Below, in pieces: positions 28,625-38,165 of a stretch of DNA of 64,000 nucleotides (the stretch's first letter is position 1; each line of letters starts with the position of its first letter). The stretch lies in NCBI GenBank assembly GCA_048885525.1, contig JBHLLP010000012.1, positions 5,721 to 69,720 on the forward strand, in the 5' to 3' direction. The stretch is from Candidatus Hermodarchaeota archaeon. GTDB taxonomy: Archaea > Asgardarchaeota > Lokiarchaeia > Sigyniarchaeales > SOKP01. The position numbers were made by a program, and so were the translations under genes. The notes under the pieces are model-generated. The model saw only the letters and a program-made list of their open reading frames with translations. It searched no databases and was not told the origin of the DNA.

Positions 28625-30217
28625 TTAATCTAAGCCTGCAGGTTTACTACCTTTAGCACTTATTATTCTATCAACTCTTAAGATTAAATTGGCCAGCTCG
28701 CTCCCAGATTTAATAATGTGATTTATTAATTCCGCTGGTTCAACAATTCCTCTTTGAAAGTTATCTCCTATCGTGTTAGTAATAGTATCAATGCCAATCC
28801 ATTTATCATCTATTGTTTTATGCGATGCTCTTAATTCTGTTAACATTTCTATTTCTTCTAATCCAGCATTTTTGATTAAAGTTTTAGGTATTTCTTCAAG
28901 TGCTAAGGCAAAAGCATTTACAGCAAGTTGTTCTTTACCACTAATTTCATTCGCATATTCTCTTATTCTTTTGGCAAGTTCAATATATATTGCTCCTCCT
29001 CCAGCAACAACAGTTTTTGTATCAATTATTTTAGCGATAACTGACAACACATCGTTCAGAGAAACTTCAGCTGTACTTAGAATCTTATCAAGACCACCTT
29101 TGAGTAAAATTGAAACAGATTTAGGATTTTTACATTCTGAAAATAATGTATATTCATCATCTCCTAATTTTTCAAAATGGATTTTTGCAGCAAATCCTAA
29201 ATCATCTTCTGAAAGCGAAGTTAAATCATCTACAAGTTTTGCTCCAACAGCTTTTAGTATCGATTTATAATCACTTTCACCAACATTTTTAATACCAGCA
29301 ATACCTTCTCTTGCTAAATAAGCACCAAATTTATCTGAGATATCACTACTATTAACAACCATATTGACCCCAAGATTCTTAAAGATCTTCAAATAATCCA
29401 TTAGTATTTTGTCTTCTTGATCGAGAAATTTTTGAATTTCAGAGGGACTAGAAATTCGAACCTGAGCATCGAATTCTGTTTTTTTAACATCTAACTTGCG
29501 TCGAATAACAGCGATTTTTGCGTTTTTTATAGTATCTGGCATCATCGAATTTACTTTTTCTTTTTGAGTATATACTCCATTAATCAATTCTGTTTCTCTA
29601 AGGGATTTACCTGGAGCTTTTACGATTTTTACATTGCTAACTTTTGCAAATGTATTTCCCTTATCATCAGCTATATGTTTAATTGCTTTTAAAGCAAGAT
29701 TGGCAAAGAAATCTTTTAATGGAGCAATATCTTTGGCATTCATTGCAGTTTTGGCAGCATTTTTAAGAAGATTATCATCATCACTCGATATTTTTGCCGC
29801 AATTTCTTTAATAATTGAAAGGGCTTTATCTCCTGCTAATTTATATCCATGAGTAATAGGTTTAGGATGAATATCTTGTTCAATCAATTCTAAAGCATTA
29901 TTTAGTAAAGCAGCAGAAAAAATTACGGCAGAAGTAGTACCATCACCAATATCTTCATCAATTGACTTTGCTACATTAACCATCATATTCGCAGCTATAT
30001 TTTCAATGTCAAGATTCTTCAAGATTTCTGCTCCGTCATTAGTAATGGTAACATCTCCCATAGAATCAACGAGCATCTTTGACATGCCTTTTGGGCCAAG
30101 AGTAGACCGAACAGTCTCCGCAATTGCAACCATTGCTGTAATATTCTGCTTTCGAGCTTCTCTCTCACGAACTTCCTCTGTTCCTTCTTTTAAAATAATT
30201 ATTGGAACATTACTCAA
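28625..30217 (-). CDS. ths: Thermosome subunit (group II chaperonin)
   Basis: 530 aa. LGPKGM, ITNDGAEIL, GDGTTSAV, VAGGGA. The only available start is TTG 30217, preceded by AGGTGA (30232-30227) and an A9 spacer. Confidence 0.9.
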   Translation of the reverse strand: MSNVPIIILKEGTEEVREREARKQNITAMVAIAETVRSTLGPKGMSKMLVDSMGDVTITNDGAEILKNLDIENIAANMMVNVAKSIDEDIGDGTTSAVIFSAALLNNALELIEQDIHPKPITHGYKLAGDKALSIIKEIAAKISSDDDNLLKNAAKTAMNAKDIAPLKDFFANLALKAIKHIADDKGNTFAKVSNVKIVKAPGKSLRETELINGVYTQKEKVNSMMPDTIKNAKIAVIRRKLDVKKTEFDAQVRISSPSEIQKFLDQEDKILMDYLKIFKNLGVNMVVNSSDISDKFGAYLAREGIAGIKNVGESDYKSILKAVGAKLVDDLTSLSEDDLGFAAKIHFEKLGDDEYTLFSECKNPKSVSILLKGGLDKILSTAEVSLNDVLSVIAKIIDTKTVVAGGGAIYIELAKRIREYANEISGKEQLAVNAFALALEEIPKTLIKNAGLEEIEMLTELRASHKTIDDKWIGIDTITNTIGDNFQRGIVEPAELINHIIKSGSELANLILRVDRIISAKGSKPAGLD

Positions 30218-30443
30218 TTTTTTTTTTCACCTATAAATTTGATTTAAGATCTAAAAATTACTTTAAATAGATCTCTATGTCATAAAAATTTTATCAAATT
30301 TCTTTGAAATTTTGAACAACTTTAAATACGAAACCTATTAATCAGGAATTCTAATTGAAATTTTTCTAAACTTTTATATAGTTCTCAAAATAAAATATAT
30401 TGATCTTAGTAGTTCATTATAATTTTTTCAGAGTTGATTCTTC

Positions 30444-30902
30444 ATGAAAAAGGAGAAAGTTCTTGACGAAATCGATAGAAATATCCTTAGAATATTACAA
30501 AACGATGCTCGTACAAGCTATAGGGAAGTTCAAGATCAATTAGGTATATCAATCGGTACAATACATAATAGGATTTCAAAGCTCAAAAAAAGAGGAATCA
30601 TCGAGGGATACACTTTAAAGCTTAATAATGAGAAACTTGGTTATAAACTTTCTTTTTTGATAAGAATTAACTGCGATGGCAAATTTACTGAAGAGATACT
30701 TAATGAAATTGCTGAAATACCTGAGGTATGTAGCGTTTTCCATACAACTGGAGATCAATCTGCTGCTTTAATTTGCAGGTTTAAAGAATCAGCAGATGTA
30801 CATAGTTTCATTAGAGAATTAAACCAAAAAGAATATATTACGAGAACAAATTCCAATATGATCCTTAAAGAGTATAAAAACGCTTCTTTTGTGCAAATTT
30901 AG
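30444..30902 (+). CDS. Lrp/AsnC family transcriptional regulator
   Basis: 152 aa. LDEIDRNILRILQNDARTSYREVQDQLGISIGTIHNRISKLKKRGII plus a RAM domain. Confidence 0.8.
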   Translation: MKKEKVLDEIDRNILRILQNDARTSYREVQDQLGISIGTIHNRISKLKKRGIIEGYTLKLNNEKLGYKLSFLIRINCDGKFTEEILNEIAEIPEVCSVFHTTGDQSAALICRFKESADVHSFIRELNQKEYITRTNSNMILKEYKNASFVQI

Positions 30903-31063
30903 TCATTCTAAAAAAATTTTAACATTGAAAATTTTTTAGATATTATTTTCTTGATTATTTCTAAGATTATCAGTTTTTATACTTTTTATTTTGAAATGAA
31001 ATCAAAATTTATTATGCTAGATATATTTCTATTATTATCAAACATTAACTGTAGGAGAAAAGC

Positions 31064-32164
31064 ATGACTGAGGATTTCAAAATAGATCCGTGGGGGGCTA
31101 CTTCACTTGAGGAGGAAGATTACTCTAGATTAATAAAAGAATTTGGTATCAATGAAATAACAGAATCTCTTAGACAGAAAATGATCAAAAATAGATTTGT
31201 AAGGAGGAAGATCATCTTCGGCCATCGTGATTTAGGTCTTATTTATAAAGCTATAGAAAAAGGCCAACCCTGGGCAGTAATGAGTGGCATTAAACCTTCT
31301 GGGCCATTTCACTTAGGTACAGCAACTACAGCCTTAGAGATTGTTGAATTTCAGAAAATGGGAGGTAAAGCTTATTATGGAATCGCAGATATTGAAAGTT
31401 GGGAAGATAATGGAATACCATGGGAAGAAGCAGAAGAAACCGCGGTAGATAATATTGCTGATATATTGGCTCTAGGTTTGGATCCGTCTCCAGAAAAAGC
31501 ATATATTTGGAGACAATCAAAAGAGCCAAAAGTAAAAGACATTTGTTTTAAGGTTAGTAGACTAGTTACCCAAAATATGTTGACCGCTATTTATGGCGAG
31601 CGGACATTTGGACTTTACATATCTTCTTTAATACAAGTAGGAGATATCGTACTCCCCCAAGTAGTAGAAGGACCTCAACCAACTATAGTACCTGTAGGAA
31701 TAGATCAAGATCCTCATATTCGTCTAACTAGAGATTTAACTCGTAGAAATTACAAGAATTTTTTTTTACCAGGGGCAACATATCATTATTTATTAGCAGG
31801 AATTGATGGTTCAGAAAAGATGGCTAAGAGAAGCCCTAACAGTTATTTTACATTCAATGAATCGCTTGAGTCAATTGAGAGAAAAGTTAAGGGTGCTTTA
31901 ACTGGAGGTAGACGAAACTTAAAAGAGCAACGTGAATTAGGCGGTGAACCTCAAAAATGCATGGTCTATAAAATGTTAATGTATCATTTTGAGGAAGATG
32001 ATGAAAAATTATCGAGAGATTTTGAAATGTGTGTGAAAGGAGAATTGATGTGCGGAGAGCATAAACAAGAATGCGTTGAGAAAGTTCTGAAATTCATAGA
32101 AAACCATAGAATGAAAAAAGAAAAACTAATAGATAAGGCAAAAGAAATTTTAAATATTGATTAA
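31064..32164 (+). CDS. trpS: Tryptophan--tRNA ligase, archaeal/eukaryotic type
   Basis: 366 aa. N-terminal IDPWG...DYSRLIKEFG (eukaryotic TrpRS has VDPW...DYDKLIVRFG), PSGPFHLG (HIGH-like) and KMAKRSP (KMSKS-like). GGAG lies 8-11 nt upstream of the ATG. Confidence 0.8.
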   Translation: MTEDFKIDPWGATSLEEEDYSRLIKEFGINEITESLRQKMIKNRFVRRKIIFGHRDLGLIYKAIEKGQPWAVMSGIKPSGPFHLGTATTALEIVEFQKMGGKAYYGIADIESWEDNGIPWEEAEETAVDNIADILALGLDPSPEKAYIWRQSKEPKVKDICFKVSRLVTQNMLTAIYGERTFGLYISSLIQVGDIVLPQVVEGPQPTIVPVGIDQDPHIRLTRDLTRRNYKNFFLPGATYHYLLAGIDGSEKMAKRSPNSYFTFNESLESIERKVKGALTGGRRNLKEQRELGGEPQKCMVYKMLMYHFEEDDEKLSRDFEMCVKGELMCGEHKQECVEKVLKFIENHRMKKEKLIDKAKEILNID

Positions 32165-32177
32165 TAACTTCTAAATC

Positions 32178-33101
32178 TTATATTAATTGTTCTAAAATCT
32201 TAACCAAACTATCAAGAAAAACTGGGAACTTTTCAAAGAATTTTTCTTTATATTGGTCTTTAAGTACTGCTGAAATGAAAAACGTGTCATTTTTAATTTT
32301 CTTTTTTAGTAGATATGAAAAGAGCTTACCTTCAGTTGAGGTAAAATCAAAATTTCCTTCATATTTTTCCTCTTCCATCCGTTTAAGTAAAAAGAGATGC
32401 TCTTTAATGGATTCTAACAACTCAACATATACTTCGGCTTCTATATCGCTGTAATATTCAGAAACAATAATTCCATTCCGATCGAATAAAATAAGAGCTT
32501 GACTTTGAAATATTTCTAAATAATATTCTAATAATTCTGAAAGCTCAAAGAATTTTTTATCAAAAACAGATAAGCCATATGAGACTAACTGAACGATCGA
32601 AATGATATCATAAATTGATGATTGTTGAAATAAAATATTGAAATTCGGATAATCATTCAAAATTTTTTTTCTTAATTTTTCAATATTAGCTAAAATTTTA
32701 ACATCAGCTTTTAAATCTGGATCATATTTATGAAAAGTGATAATAATGGGGACATTCATTTCGCTTTTTTCAAAAAAACTTAGAATTGCATTTAAATATT
32801 CAAGTGAGTCATCAAATCGATCTGGATCTTGAATATCGATAACATAGATAAGTAAATCAGTAGCATCAAAATACACATCTTGATAATTGACGTAAATCTC
32901 TCTATAAGTTTCTTGTCCTCCCATATCCCAGAATACAGTATTACTTTTTAAAAAATTCATCTTATGGTATTCTACTCTAATAGTAGGTTTAAGTTGGACA
33001 ATATCCTTTTCAAAATCATATTTTTTATCTAAGGCTGTTAAGATTGAAGTCTTTCCGGCGTTATCAAGTCCTGAAATTATACACTTTAATAGACCTTCCA
33101 A
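32178..33101 (-). CDS. Rag/Gtr-type small GTPase with C-terminal roadblock domain
   Basis: 307 aa, TTG start. G1 GLDNAGKTS, G3 WDMGGQETY, G4 HKYD (His, as in RagA HKMD), SSIYD (RagA TSIWD). C-terminal ALILFDRNGIIVSEYY parallels RagA EVLLFERATFLVISHY. Comparison is to RagA as I recall it. Confidence 0.75.
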   Translation of the reverse strand: MEGLLKCIISGLDNAGKTSILTALDKKYDFEKDIVQLKPTIRVEYHKMNFLKSNTVFWDMGGQETYREIYVNYQDVYFDATDLLIYVIDIQDPDRFDDSLEYLNAILSFFEKSEMNVPIIITFHKYDPDLKADVKILANIEKLRKKILNDYPNFNILFQQSSIYDIISIVQLVSYGLSVFDKKFFELSELLEYYLEIFQSQALILFDRNGIIVSEYYSDIEAEVYVELLESIKEHLFLLKRMEEEKYEGNFDFTSTEGKLFSYLLKKKIKNDTFFISAVLKDQYKEKFFEKFPVFLDSLVKILEQLI

Positions 33102-33415
33102 TTGTTTTCAGCTCTTATTTATTTTAGCAAATAGTTGAATTTAATAAAATAATAGATTCATTTAAATTTAAAGTTCTGGGAATAGCAAAAAGAGTTTTTC
33201 AAATTTAACCTTGAGATGACTTAAGATATTGTTTGCTATAATATCAAGGAAACATTCAAATATTACTCTTATGTTTATAATTTCAATTTCTTGATGGAAA
33301 TTACTAAAAGAATAATGATTTTAGAGTCATTTCGATGACATTTATATGATATTTATATTTTTTAAACCAGATCTATTGATTTTACTTAAGAATATAATTC
33401 ATAAAAGAGGATGAT

Positions 33416-33652
33416 GTGTTTTTGATAGAAGTTGAAAATAAATTTTTAGAATTTTTAGAGTATCAAATTAGTCTAAAAGAAAATACTTATAAAACAATGA
33501 AAAAGATTCCAGTTTTCTCTGAGCAGGTGAAACAGTTAGATAAATCTGTTATTGACCTTACAGAAAAATTTGATAGAATTCGTCTTCGGGATAAATATCG
33601 GATAATCATAACAGAATTGGATAATTTAATAAAAAGCGCTAAATTAAAATAA
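33416..33652 (+). CDS. Hypothetical small helical protein
   Basis: 78-aa GTG-start ORF, helical/coiled-coil composition. Divergent from the Rag-like gene. Confidence 0.35.
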   Translation: MFLIEVENKFLEFLEYQISLKENTYKTMKKIPVFSEQVKQLDKSVIDLTEKFDRIRLRDKYRIIITELDNLIKSAKLK

Positions 33653-33682
33653 ATTTAAATTTTTTTTTATATTCCTAAAATA

Positions 33683-34105
33683 TTACTCGCCAACAATCAT
33701 ACAATAGATTTTTCTTGATCTTGCTTTTTCATCGCATTCGATAAATATAATCTGCTGCCACGTACCTAATATCAATTTTTGATTACTAAAAGGAAATACT
33801 TGAGATGTTTTAATTAAGAAACTACGTAAATGTCCAGCTCCGTTATAATCATGCCATGTTTCATGATGCTTATAGCGATCATCATATGGTATAAGTTTTT
33901 CTAAAAGATTTTTGATGTCATACTTAACAAGACCTGGTTCGTATTCTACAGTAGAAATTGCTCCTGTGGATCCAGCTACATGCAAATTTACAATTCCGCT
34001 GTTTATTTGACTATCGCTTATGCATTGCTGAACTTGGTCTGTTATATTAATGACATCGCAATAGGCTTTAGACCTTAAATCAAAGGTTTTTAATACAACT
34101 GTCAT
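33683..34105 (-). CDS. YjbQ/UPF0047 family protein (secondary thiamine-phosphate synthase-like)
   Basis: 140 aa. LHVAGSTGAISTVEYEPG, HHETWHDYNGAGHLRS, LGTWQQI. The start is 3 nt after the upstream gene's stop. Confidence 0.75.
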   Translation of the reverse strand: MTVVLKTFDLRSKAYCDVINITDQVQQCISDSQINSGIVNLHVAGSTGAISTVEYEPGLVKYDIKNLLEKLIPYDDRYKHHETWHDYNGAGHLRSFLIKTSQVFPFSNQKLILGTWQQIIFIECDEKARSRKIYCMIVGE

Positions 34106-34108
34106 TTT

Positions 34109-35152
34109 TTATTTCTTAAATCGCTCACATTTGTTTAAATTTTTAATTTGCTTTAATACTGATTTAGGTAAAGTATTTTGATTTCCCTCTTTTAACGCAA
34201 GTATTTTAGTTATGATAAGAAGTTCATTTTGATCAAATCCATCAATATTAGTCCATCCTGTCGATTCTCCCGCTTCAATACATATAAAAAATGGGGCTTT
34301 TTTGCATTTCAAGCATCTGCTGTCCATACATTTCTTACATATTTTAGGATAATAATACACATTCCCATTTTTAAGGAAAATTGAAAATTGACCAAATTCT
34401 TTGTTATTAACTCTAAGCCAATTAGTAGATTCAAATTGAACGTCTAACTTTAAATTTAAAATAAACTTAACTAATTGTTCTGTATTTATAGTTTGAGTGA
34501 GATTTGCATTGTGAGATTCAGGTTCATAATAATCATTACATTCATCACTTATATTAGAATGAGAGAAGAGAAGGTTTAAGGGAATAAAGTCGATTATGTA
34601 AACATTATCTATTTCTTTACATTTAGATTTTTTAAAAAAAAATGAACAAATTTGGTATAATATGTTTGAGGGTTTAGATATTTCATTAATTTCAATATTG
34701 TTTGATTTTATTAATGAGTTAAAATTCTCGTTATTAAAATACCTATTACTAATCTCAGCTTTTGTGGATTGCTCAAGAATTATGCAAAATATTATAGTAA
34801 TTGATGGTAAACGGGTCTGGATTTCATTAAAATATTGTAGAATCTGATCTATTTTTGTTTCAGATATGAATATTATTATAGCTTCAGCCCCATTGTAAAA
34901 TACTGTACGCAAATAAGATCTCTGTTGTCTACAATCAATATTCCACAAAAGAAATTCAAATCTTTCATATTTTTTAAATAAATAATCAATTTTACTAATA
35001 TTTACTCCAATGTTTACCTTATTTTCTAAAGGTAAGGAATTTGAACTTAATTTCTTTTGAAACTCATCTTTATAATTTTCCATCCCTCCAAGGATGCAGA
35101 TTTTTTTTTTAATGAGGGGATTACTTAAAAGTGGAGTTTCTAATGAGCTCAT
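34109..35152 (-). CDS. Degenerate Ras-like (pseudo-GTPase) domain protein with Cys-rich C-terminal domain
   Basis: 347 aa. KICILGGMENYKDEF sits where G1 is expected (GxxxxGK[ST] lost). LLWNIDCRQQ replaces DxxGQ. AEAIIIFISETK is strand-like as in Ras. There is no NKxD. The C-terminal half carries CKKCMDSRCLKCKKAPFFIC. Confidence 0.45.
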   Translation of the reverse strand: MSSLETPLLSNPLIKKKICILGGMENYKDEFQKKLSSNSLPLENKVNIGVNISKIDYLFKKYERFEFLLWNIDCRQQRSYLRTVFYNGAEAIIIFISETKIDQILQYFNEIQTRLPSITIIFCIILEQSTKAEISNRYFNNENFNSLIKSNNIEINEISKPSNILYQICSFFFKKSKCKEIDNVYIIDFIPLNLLFSHSNISDECNDYYEPESHNANLTQTINTEQLVKFILNLKLDVQFESTNWLRVNNKEFGQFSIFLKNGNVYYYPKICKKCMDSRCLKCKKAPFFICIEAGESTGWTNIDGFDQNELLIITKILALKEGNQNTLPKSVLKQIKNLNKCERFKK

Positions 35153-35267
35153 TTTACAATCTTCTAATTAATAAAGAATTTAAGCTAAATCTATTAAATA
35201 ATAAATTTATTTATGAATTTTAATTTATCTATCTAGCTTTCAACTATATCAACTTTTTGAATCAACT

Positions 35268-35690
35268 ATGAGTAAAAGACTTGATGAATTTTATAAGAAA
35301 ATACACAACCCGAAAAATTCCATTCCTGAGTATGCCAGTATAATCATTCGCCCGGGTAAAAAGTTAATCGACTTTAAAATTAGAAAAGAAGATGCTAATA
35401 TCTTGAAAGTGATTGGCCATGAAGAGAAAAAAACTGGTTGGTTCCTACATTCTGTTCACATTCCATTAAAAAACTTAGGTTTATCTGAGGATTCAAAAGA
35501 TAAAGAAATATTAGAATATTTATCAGAACCTAGCAGAATTACAAGTAATAAAATAACTAAAGAATACGTTGAAGATTTATTAAGGAAATATGTAGAAATT
35601 TTACCTGAAAAAAAGAAGCATTTCTTTAGAACTGAAAGGTTTAAGAAAAAGAGAGAGTTTAAAACTGGGACTCAGTTAAAAGGCTTTTAA
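35268..35690 (+). CDS. Hypothetical basic protein
   Basis: 140 aa, Lys-rich, no recognised motif. Confidence 0.45.
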   Translation: MSKRLDEFYKKIHNPKNSIPEYASIIIRPGKKLIDFKIRKEDANILKVIGHEEKKTGWFLHSVHIPLKNLGLSEDSKDKEILEYLSEPSRITSNKITKEYVEDLLRKYVEILPEKKKHFFRTERFKKKREFKTGTQLKGF

Positions 35691-36023
35691 CTACTTTATT
35701 TTAGATCCAGGTGGAATTGGTTTCCTCTCATCGATTTTTAATAAGAATGGTTCGTTATTAAGATCAACAGCAAGGAGCATACCTTGACTATCAAAATTCA
35801 TAAATTTTCTTGGTTTTAAATTTGTTAACACAATAATCTTTTTATTAAGTAATTCTTCTATTGAATAAAATGGTGCTATCCCAGTAATAATTTGCCTAAA
35901 GTTTTCTTCTCCACAATCTACCATTAATTTATAGAGTTTTTTTGATTTTGGTACTTTTTCACAGCTTTTAATTAATCCAACTCGAATATCCAATTTTGAA
36001 AAATCTTTATAATCAATTTCCAT
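35691..36023 (-). CDS. tRNA-binding domain protein (Trbp111/CsaA/EMAP-like OB fold)
   Basis: 110 aa. FSKLDIRVGLIKSCEKVPKSKKLYKLMVDCGEE...LKPRKFMNFDSQGMLLA. Lies 6 nt downstream of trmI on the same strand. Confidence 0.75.
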   Translation of the reverse strand: MEIDYKDFSKLDIRVGLIKSCEKVPKSKKLYKLMVDCGEENFRQIITGIAPFYSIEELLNKKIIVLTNLKPRKFMNFDSQGMLLAVDLNNEPFLLKIDERKPIPPGSKIK

Positions 36024-36029
36024 AAATTT

Positions 36030-36896
36030 TCACTTTCTTAAGGGCATTCCATTCATATCTATCTTTTGATTTCCTATTGGCTTTTTTTCTCTATAGGGAT
36101 TTCTTATATCATTAATTTTTCTACAAAAAGTTAAATACCCTGTATGACCAATCATTCTCACTTCTGGTCTTGTTGCATTTTCTTTTACTTGTATCTTTCT
36201 TTTTATTAATTCATAGGTATTTATCTCAATAAAATCATTTTTTTTCATTGATGAAACAGTCTTTTTAACTTGTTCAATTGTGGGTGAGAAAGATACCAAG
36301 GTACCACTAAATTTTAAATATCTCTTAACTTTTTCGATCACGTGCCAAGGAGTAGCTAAATCTAAAACAATAGCATCCACATTCTCGTGTTTTAGATTGT
36401 CTTTTACTAAATCTCCATAATTAATTGTTACTATATCTTCTAACTTTACTCTGACTACATTTGCACTCGCTCTTTTAAGTGATTTTTCACTGATATCATA
36501 TGAGTAAATATGCCCATTTGGACGAACATAATTACCCAAAATACATGTTAGAGCTCCAGAACCACATCCCGCTTCAATAACAACACTTCCTGGTCCGATT
36601 CCTGAATAAAGTAAAATCATACCAGCATCTTTAGGATAAATAATTTGAGTTTTCCTAGTCATATGAAGAATATAATCAGACGGTAACGGTTTTAGTACAT
36701 AAAATTTATACCCTTGAGTTTCAAGAGGCTTTGAAAAGACTACTGATCCAAAATTCTTTCCAATTATGTCATCGAACTCAATAATTCCTTTATGTGAATG
36801 AAAATTTTCACCGGGTTTCACCTGAACAAGCCATCGCCTTTTATCGTCAAGAATTAAAAAGATTAAGTCGTTCTCTTTAACAATTTCTGAGCCCAT
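36030..36896 (-). CDS. trmI: tRNA (adenine-N1)-methyltransferase TrmI/Gcd14 family
   Basis: 288 aa. N-terminal beta domain (KRRWLVQVKPGENFHSHKGIIEFDDIIGKNFGS), SAM motif VIEAGCGSGALT, VDAIVLDL. Confidence 0.8.
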   Translation of the reverse strand: MGSEIVKENDLIFLILDDKRRWLVQVKPGENFHSHKGIIEFDDIIGKNFGSVVFSKPLETQGYKFYVLKPLPSDYILHMTRKTQIIYPKDAGMILLYSGIGPGSVVIEAGCGSGALTCILGNYVRPNGHIYSYDISEKSLKRASANVVRVKLEDIVTINYGDLVKDNLKHENVDAIVLDLATPWHVIEKVKRYLKFSGTLVSFSPTIEQVKKTVSSMKKNDFIEINTYELIKRKIQVKENATRPEVRMIGHTGYLTFCRKINDIRNPYREKKPIGNQKIDMNGMPLRK

Positions 36897-37068
36897 TTTA
36901 AATGCAATCTTTTTTTATTTCTAAAGTATCTAAATCTTTAATTGGATATAAGAAGGCTTTCTTTTATTATTAATTTATTTACAAAAAATATATAAAAAAT
37001 CTATAACTCTCAAATATATTAAACATATAAAAAAGCTTTTTCATAAATACTTTCTAATAAGATAAGTT

Positions 37069-37986
37069 ATGAGTAGAGAGAGACAGCATAATACTCAAAC
37101 ATCTCGAACATCTGTTAGATCCCTTCAGACTCAGATTGAAGATTTACGACAAAAAAGGGATGAATTAAATAAGAAAACAAAGCAATTTATCAACGATCTC
37201 CAGAACATTGAAACTGAAATTGCAAATTCACTGAAAATCGCCAAAGAAAAACACAAAAAAAAAAGAGACTACTGGAATAATAAAGTTAAACAATTAAAGG
37301 AAAAGAAGATTGAGTATAAATCGCTATTGGATAAATTTGTAGAGGAAAAGAAAATTTTACAAAAATCAGACGCTAAAGATCAAGAAAATACTCAAGTTCT
37401 CTCAATAAAACAAATAGAACGGAAAATAGATAATTTAGAGAGAAGAATTGAAACAGAAAAGCTTGATATTACTGAAGAAAATGCAATTATTGATAAAATA
37501 AGAGAATTAGCATCAATAAAACAAGAATATTTGTCAGAGCAAAAAAACACTGAAATTTTGAAAATCGAGAGAAAAATAGAAATAGTTAAAATTAATCTGA
37601 ATAAGATTTATGAACAATTAAATAAATGGTCAGATAAATCTCAAGAAAATCATGCAAAAATGCTACAAGAGTTCCAAAACATTGATAAATTGAAGGAAGA
37701 CAAAAAAAAACTGGAAGAAGAATTAATTGAAAATAAAAAAACTGCTGATCGATATCATGAACAATATTTACTCGTAAAGAATCAAAGAAAGAAAATATAT
37801 AAAGGTAAAAAACCTTATAGACCGATCAAAAAACCTCCACCAAAATTAGATCAAATTTCGAAAAAGAATGAAATGATAGAAAAGATTAAACAAGATAAAT
37901 TAGCAACAGCATTAGAAAAGCAAAAAGCTGGAAAAAAATTAAATCTATTCGAAGCTAGGCTGATTCTTGAGAAGTCTAAGGAATAA
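37069..37986 (+). CDS. Archaeal coiled-coil protein (COG1340-like)
   Basis: 305 aa, almost entirely K/E/Q/L heptad-like sequence with a basic C-terminus. Confidence 0.55.
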   Translation: MSRERQHNTQTSRTSVRSLQTQIEDLRQKRDELNKKTKQFINDLQNIETEIANSLKIAKEKHKKKRDYWNNKVKQLKEKKIEYKSLLDKFVEEKKILQKSDAKDQENTQVLSIKQIERKIDNLERRIETEKLDITEENAIIDKIRELASIKQEYLSEQKNTEILKIERKIEIVKINLNKIYEQLNKWSDKSQENHAKMLQEFQNIDKLKEDKKKLEEELIENKKTADRYHEQYLLVKNQRKKIYKGKKPYRPIKKPPPKLDQISKKNEMIEKIKQDKLATALEKQKAGKKLNLFEARLILEKSKE

Positions 37987-38165
37987 TTACTTTTTTTATA
38001 TTTGGATATTTTTTATATTCCTCCAATTTAAAGCAATTTTAATTAATTTCGTAATTTATTTAAAGATATCTTATCAAAAAATTAAGAGAGCTGAATAAGG
38101 TTTAAAAAAATTGTATATTTATTATTTAATTAACGTTTAAAAATAATGGAAAGGATTGATTAAAT

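Noticed and set aside
28773-30236. Plus-strand ORFs inside the thermosome gene (28773-29270, 29634-29852, 30006-30236)
   Set aside because: They are antisense shadows of a highly conserved chaperonin gene. Their Ser/Ala/Leu-rich composition is typical of reverse-frame translation.
30907-30940. Imperfect A/T-only hairpin (TCTAAAAAAATTTT ... AAAATTTTTTAGA) just after the Lrp/AsnC stop, considered as an intrinsic terminator
   Set aside because: The stem would be entirely A-T with a bulge, so very weak. Archaeal termination relies on oligo-T tracts rather than hairpins.
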